Below are positions 59,465 to 64,000 of a stretch of DNA of 64,000 nt, piece by piece. The translations under genes were made by a program, and so were the position numbers. Under the pieces are notes generated by a model, which did not search any database, had not been told where the DNA came from, and saw only the letters and a list, made by a program, of their open reading frames with translations. Position 1 is the stretch's first letter. Each line of letters opens with the position of its first letter. Location of the stretch: positions 18,499,689-18,563,688 of the forward strand of contig NC_057718.1 in the NCBI RefSeq assembly GCF_004010195.1, in the 5' to 3' direction. Origin of the DNA: Chiloscyllium plagiosum. Taxonomy: Eukaryota.

Positions 59465-60235
59465 ATCATAGCATCATACAGCATGGAAACAGACCCTTTG
59501 GTCCCACCAGTCATGCTGACCATAATGTCAAACTAAACTAGTCCCACCCACCTGCACTTAGGCCATATCCCTCCAAACATTTCTTATGCATATACTTATC
59601 TAAATATCTTTTAAATATTGTAACTGTACCTGCATCCACCACTCCCTCTGGAAGTTAATTCAATACATGAACAACTGTGTAAAAAAAAATTGTCCCCATG
59701 TTTTAAAAAAAAATTTCTTACCTTAAAAACATGCCCCCTTGTCTTGAAGTCCCCACCCTAGGGAAAGGACACCTGCCATTCACCTTATCTATACCCCTTG
59801 TAATTTTATAAACCTCTATAAGATCATCCCTCAACCTCCTTCACTCCAGTGAAAAATGTCACAGCCATTACAGCCTCTCCTTATAACTCAAACCCTACAA
59901 CAGGGTGACCAAAATTAGACACAATATTCCAGAAGAGGCCTCACCAACATCCTGTACGACCTCAATATAATGTCCCAATTTCTCTCCCCAAAGGTCTGAG
60001 CAATGAAGGCAAGCATGCTAAAAGTCTTCTTAACCACCCGATCTACATTGACACAAACTTCAAAGAATTACATACTTGAAACCCAGGTTCTTCTGTTTTA
60101 TAACACTACCCAAGGTCCTGCTTGTAATTGTATAAGTCATGCCTTTGCTTGTTTTATCAAAATGCAATACCTTGCATTTATCCAAATAAAACTCCATCTG
60201 CAATTCTTCATCCCATGGACCCAACTGATCAACAT
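59465..60235 (-). mobile_element. CR1 3' fragment
   Basis: Reverse tail ATCATACAGCATGGAAACAGACCC and reverse ORF2 C-terminus. Confidence 0.85.
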
Positions 60236-61799
60236 AATCTATAAGGTGATGTTTCTAATAGAATTAATAGAGTCATAGTGGGAATAAGTGATCAAATTTG
60301 GGAAGATGTGTTTGAGGGAGAGAAGAGTGAGCCAAAGTCAAATATTTTAAACTTAATTAAGGACAATTATTTTGGCATGAAAGTAGAGCTAACTAAAGTG
60401 ATTTGGAAAACTAGGTTAAGGAATAGGTCAATAGAGATGTAGGGACAAGCATTTAAGATGATGTTTTCAGAATACACCGAATATAGACATTACCATGATA
60501 AAGGAAAATTCTAATGGGAATACCCACAATCACTGATTTTTAACTGAAAAGTGGTTTTGGGTGACATGGGCTATTGTGAGATGTGTGGCAGAAACAGTCA
60601 ACAACCACGGTGAGACCCATTCTTGACATCAAGATCATCTCAGTCCATCTTTTAAGCTTTTCACAAGCAGTGTGGCGAGATTCTTGCTAAGCAGCTACAA
60701 GATGACAATTGGCGGTATTACTGATTTTCAAATACTTTGTTAATGCCACAACTCACCTTATCAATATTCAGACTTACATCTTTCCAAAGTTGCCAAATAT
60801 GCTAGACATCAGGAAGACCCAACAAGGAAACCGGAGTGAGCATCAGGCAGACTCAGCTCACCGCCTGCTCCAATATTGTCCCTATTGGACACAGAGCATC
60901 AAAACCTCACAGCATTCACCATGGACATCAGCCATACACACACACCTCACAGCTACAGACATTGGGATCTGACACAAGCTAGCTCTAACAACCCTCCTGA
61001 CACATTTCCAATTTACTAATTAGATGCTTCTGCCCATCAGTGCTGTACCACAGGCTGTACCAATAACTAGCACTGCAACACTGTTGCAAAGAAACTCTGT
61101 GCTCAGGGGCAAAGACCCAGTCATGGATTGGACAAGGTTGTATCACTTGCTGTCATAGTGCTCACTCACTCTGAGCCCACCTAGATGCTCACAGCATCCT
61201 TGCCTTGCATTGCCTTGTCTTTATGTATGTTGTCCCTTCAGTGAGAGATATCATTTACTGCTGTCTTGCCTTGCCATTTTGCACAGACATAAAGTCAGCA
61301 CACCTGTTGCAGCTGACAACAGGTTTCAGCTAAGTTAAGGGGAATAGCATTCACTCAGAGGTTCCTAGCACAGTAAGTCAGGACAGTCTCTGATGCCCAT
61401 CCAGGCTTTGTTTGAGGTGGTCAGAATTAGGATCCTCACCTTCGAAGAGGTGAGGAGTCAAATGGCGGGCAGCCCACCATTCACCCTGAGTGTTTCTTCC
61501 TATTGTAAGCATGGGATAAGAGAGAGGCAGGGATTATGGGAAATGAAATGGGTGGCACAAATGCTACTGTTGGTGCAGGTAGAGAGGTGACTAGGCAATG
61601 TAGAGGGAATACAAGGCTAGTGGTGCCAAGAATTGAAGTGGGTGACAGACAGTGATGGAAGGTGTCGCAGGCAATAATGAGAGTGGTACAGCAAGAGCCT
61701 TAATGGGAGGTGGGTACAGTAGCAGAGATAGAGTGAGTATGATATGTCAGCAAAGTGTGGAAAAACATATCCACTGAGTGGCAAATTGTTGTGGAAAAG

Positions 61800-62930
61800 A
61801 CTTCACATCTGCCATAGGGAAAATGTTAGAAGCTGTTCTTAAAGCTTCTATTATCAAAGACATTATAGCAGGGCAGAAAAACAATTTATGGAAATTACGC
61901 AGAGTGAAAATGTTTATGTGAAAGGGAAATCATGTTTAACCAATTAGTTGGAGTTCTTTGAGGAAATAACATGTGGTGTGGCTAAGGAGGAAATCAGTGA
62001 ATGTACTGTGCTTAGGTTTTCAATCAGGATTTGATAGGGAATTCAAATATGAGAGATTCCATGGAGCAAGGTGGGGCAATGAATGTAAGAGGTTTGATAA
62101 AACAGAGCAACAAAACCTACTGAGCCTGATAATGAGAAACTCTCCGAAAAACATGCGCAACTCTAATTTCGCCAATAAAAACACAGGATTCAGTCCTGGG
62201 AAATTAATAATGGAAAATAAGGAGATGTCTGAAGAATTGAACAGGTATTTTGTTTGAATTGTTACTGGAAAGGGTACAAGTAATATCTCAGTAATAGCCA
62301 TAAATCAGGGAGGGACAAATGCAAGAAGATTACAATGACCAGGAAGTGGAACTGACTAAATTGTTGGAACTGCAACTTGACAAGTTGGTAGGTCCTGATG
62401 GATGGCAGCCTAACTTCTTAAAATAAGTGGCTAGTGAGATAATTGATGCATTGGTTTTAATTTTCGAAAATGCCCTGGATTTAGATCAGGGTCCATTAGA
62501 TTGGGAAGTAGCAAATAAAATTCCTTTATTCAAAGAGAAAATCAGACAGAGAGATTGAAACTGCAGGCTCCTTGGCTTAACATTTGTCATAAGAAAAATG
62601 TTAGAAGCTATTTTGAAAGCCTCTATTATCAAAGTTATTATGGCAGGGCACATAAAATATTCATGGAAGTCAGGCAGAGTGAACTTGTTTTTGTGAAAGG
62701 GTAATGGTGTTTAACCAATTAATTGGAGTTCTTTGAGGAAGTTATGTGCTGTGACTAAAGGGAAATCAGTAAAGGTACTGTGCTTAGATTTCAAGTCAGG
62801 ATTTGTTAAGGTGATAGGTCAAAGGTAATTCTAGAAAATAAAAGCTTGTGGCATTGGAGTACCATTCTGGTATGGATAGAAGATTGGCAGCTGGCTAAAC
62901 ATAAACAGGCTTAAATGTGAGATTTTCTGT
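61800..62930 (+). mobile_element. Old CR1 RT fragments with an internal duplicated block
   Basis: [14 protein letters not shown] motif twice (near 61920 and 62695); EMSEELNRYF. Confidence 0.75.
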
Positions 62931-63591
62931 ATGATAAATAAGGTGAGATGCTTTATAAGGCAATGGTTCTGAAAGAGTTAATTTTGAAGCTGCATTAAGC
63001 TCCATCCTATCTGAAACATCACACAGTCTTTCAGGGAAGATGGAGAAAGATGTCTCATCATTGACTCCAGACAGTTTTTGTCATTGTGCCTCACGAGCCA
63101 ATGTAACTTTTATCTATTGCTATCATGCAAGAAAATGTATCTTGTTATGTAAGCTGCGTGCCTTTTCACATTAAGACTCAATGCATGCCTGTCCTCTAAT
63201 TAGATAGGCCCTTCGACTCAGCATGGAAAGAAAGATTAAGGTTGTTGTGGCACAGTGGTAGTGCCCCAATATCTGGGCCAGGAGGCCTAGGTTCAAGTTC
63301 CACCCGCTCCATAAGTTTATTAGAAAATATCTAGACGGGATAGTTAGGTTGGAGTGCATCATCACTCCAGACTTTAGATCAACACAATTCTGTTCCAAGT
63401 GTGTAAGTTTCCAATAACTGTTTGATTTTGTTTCTGTAAGTACCCCAACAGAACTGCTTAACCTGTTAAAGTTCTTTTCAGAAAAGACTACAAAAGATGA
63501 TAGGCCTTTGGAAATTGTTGAGCACCTTGGAGACTGAGGTGCATCATGTCATAAAGCCATAGGGTAAAACAACATTCTTTGATTTGAACTG

Positions 63592-63775
63592 GGGGTCAGT
63601 TAGTTCATTTGGCTGGATAGCTGGTTTACAATGCAGAGTGACAGAGACAATTCTCATACTGACTGAGATTATCATGAAAGTACTGTCTTCCCAACCTGGC
63701 CCCTCATCTGAGGTGTGGTGACCCTCAGATATAACTCACCAACAGTCATCTGTCTCTAATGGGAAAATGAGACTT
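63592..63775 (+). mobile_element. tRNA-derived SINE, family C
   Basis: GGGTCAGTTAGTTCATTTGGCTGG head; CCCCTCATCTGAGGTGTGGTGACCCTCAG core. Confidence 0.7.
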
Positions 63776-63799
63776 TTCTTATTTTGATTTGAGTAATTG

Positions 63800-63960
63800 A
63801 AACAGTCATTAATTAAATCAATCTAGTCCGCCAGTGTCTTTTCTGGAGAAAGAAATCTGCTATCCTTATCTGACCTGACTTACTTGTGACTCCAGGCAAT
63901 ATGGTTGACTCTGAACTACCTCCTGTGAATGGCCCAGACAGCCATTAGTTATATCAAATG
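63800..63960 (+). mobile_element. SINE family B, 3' part
   Basis: GAAATCTGCTATCCTTATCTGACCTGACTTACTTGTGACTCCAG. Confidence 0.6.
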
Positions 63961-64000
63961 GCTTTAGAGATAAATCAAAGCACATCAAGAGGGCATCTCT

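Overview
This is vertebrate genomic DNA, almost certainly shark. The evidence is HE1/V-SINE copies, CR1 LINEs sharing their 3' tail, Deu-type SINEs and abundant Penelope-like elements; the species cannot be fixed from the sequence. I found no supportable host protein-coding exon, rRNA, true tRNA or CRISPR array. Every recognisable ORF is a decayed retroelement fragment, so the window is intergenic or part of a very large intron. It holds several CR1 copies (one broken by an 8-N gap), two Rex1/Babar-type 3' fragments, L2 3' ends, four tRNA-derived SINE families, probable solo LTRs and one near-full-length decayed Penelope/Poseidon-like element (48108-50806). The most striking pattern is about 17 insertions of Penelope-like 3' termini from four families. 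Most carry a minimal type I hammerhead ribozyme core (CUGANGA-stem II-GAAA-palindromic stem III-UH) and sit between 11-16 bp target-site duplications. They fall into three architectures: single tailed arm, single tail-less arm, and a head-to-head hairpin whose arms differ by a 33-39 nt tail. Other observations are a 100% identical 183-bp inverted templated insertion (51142-51324 copied to 52236-52418), a homeodomain/POU-motif-dense TE-free block (14720-15420), and two small unexplained insertions flanked by direct repeats. Boundaries of old repeats are read by eye (about +/-30 bp). Family names come from motif recognition, not a database search.
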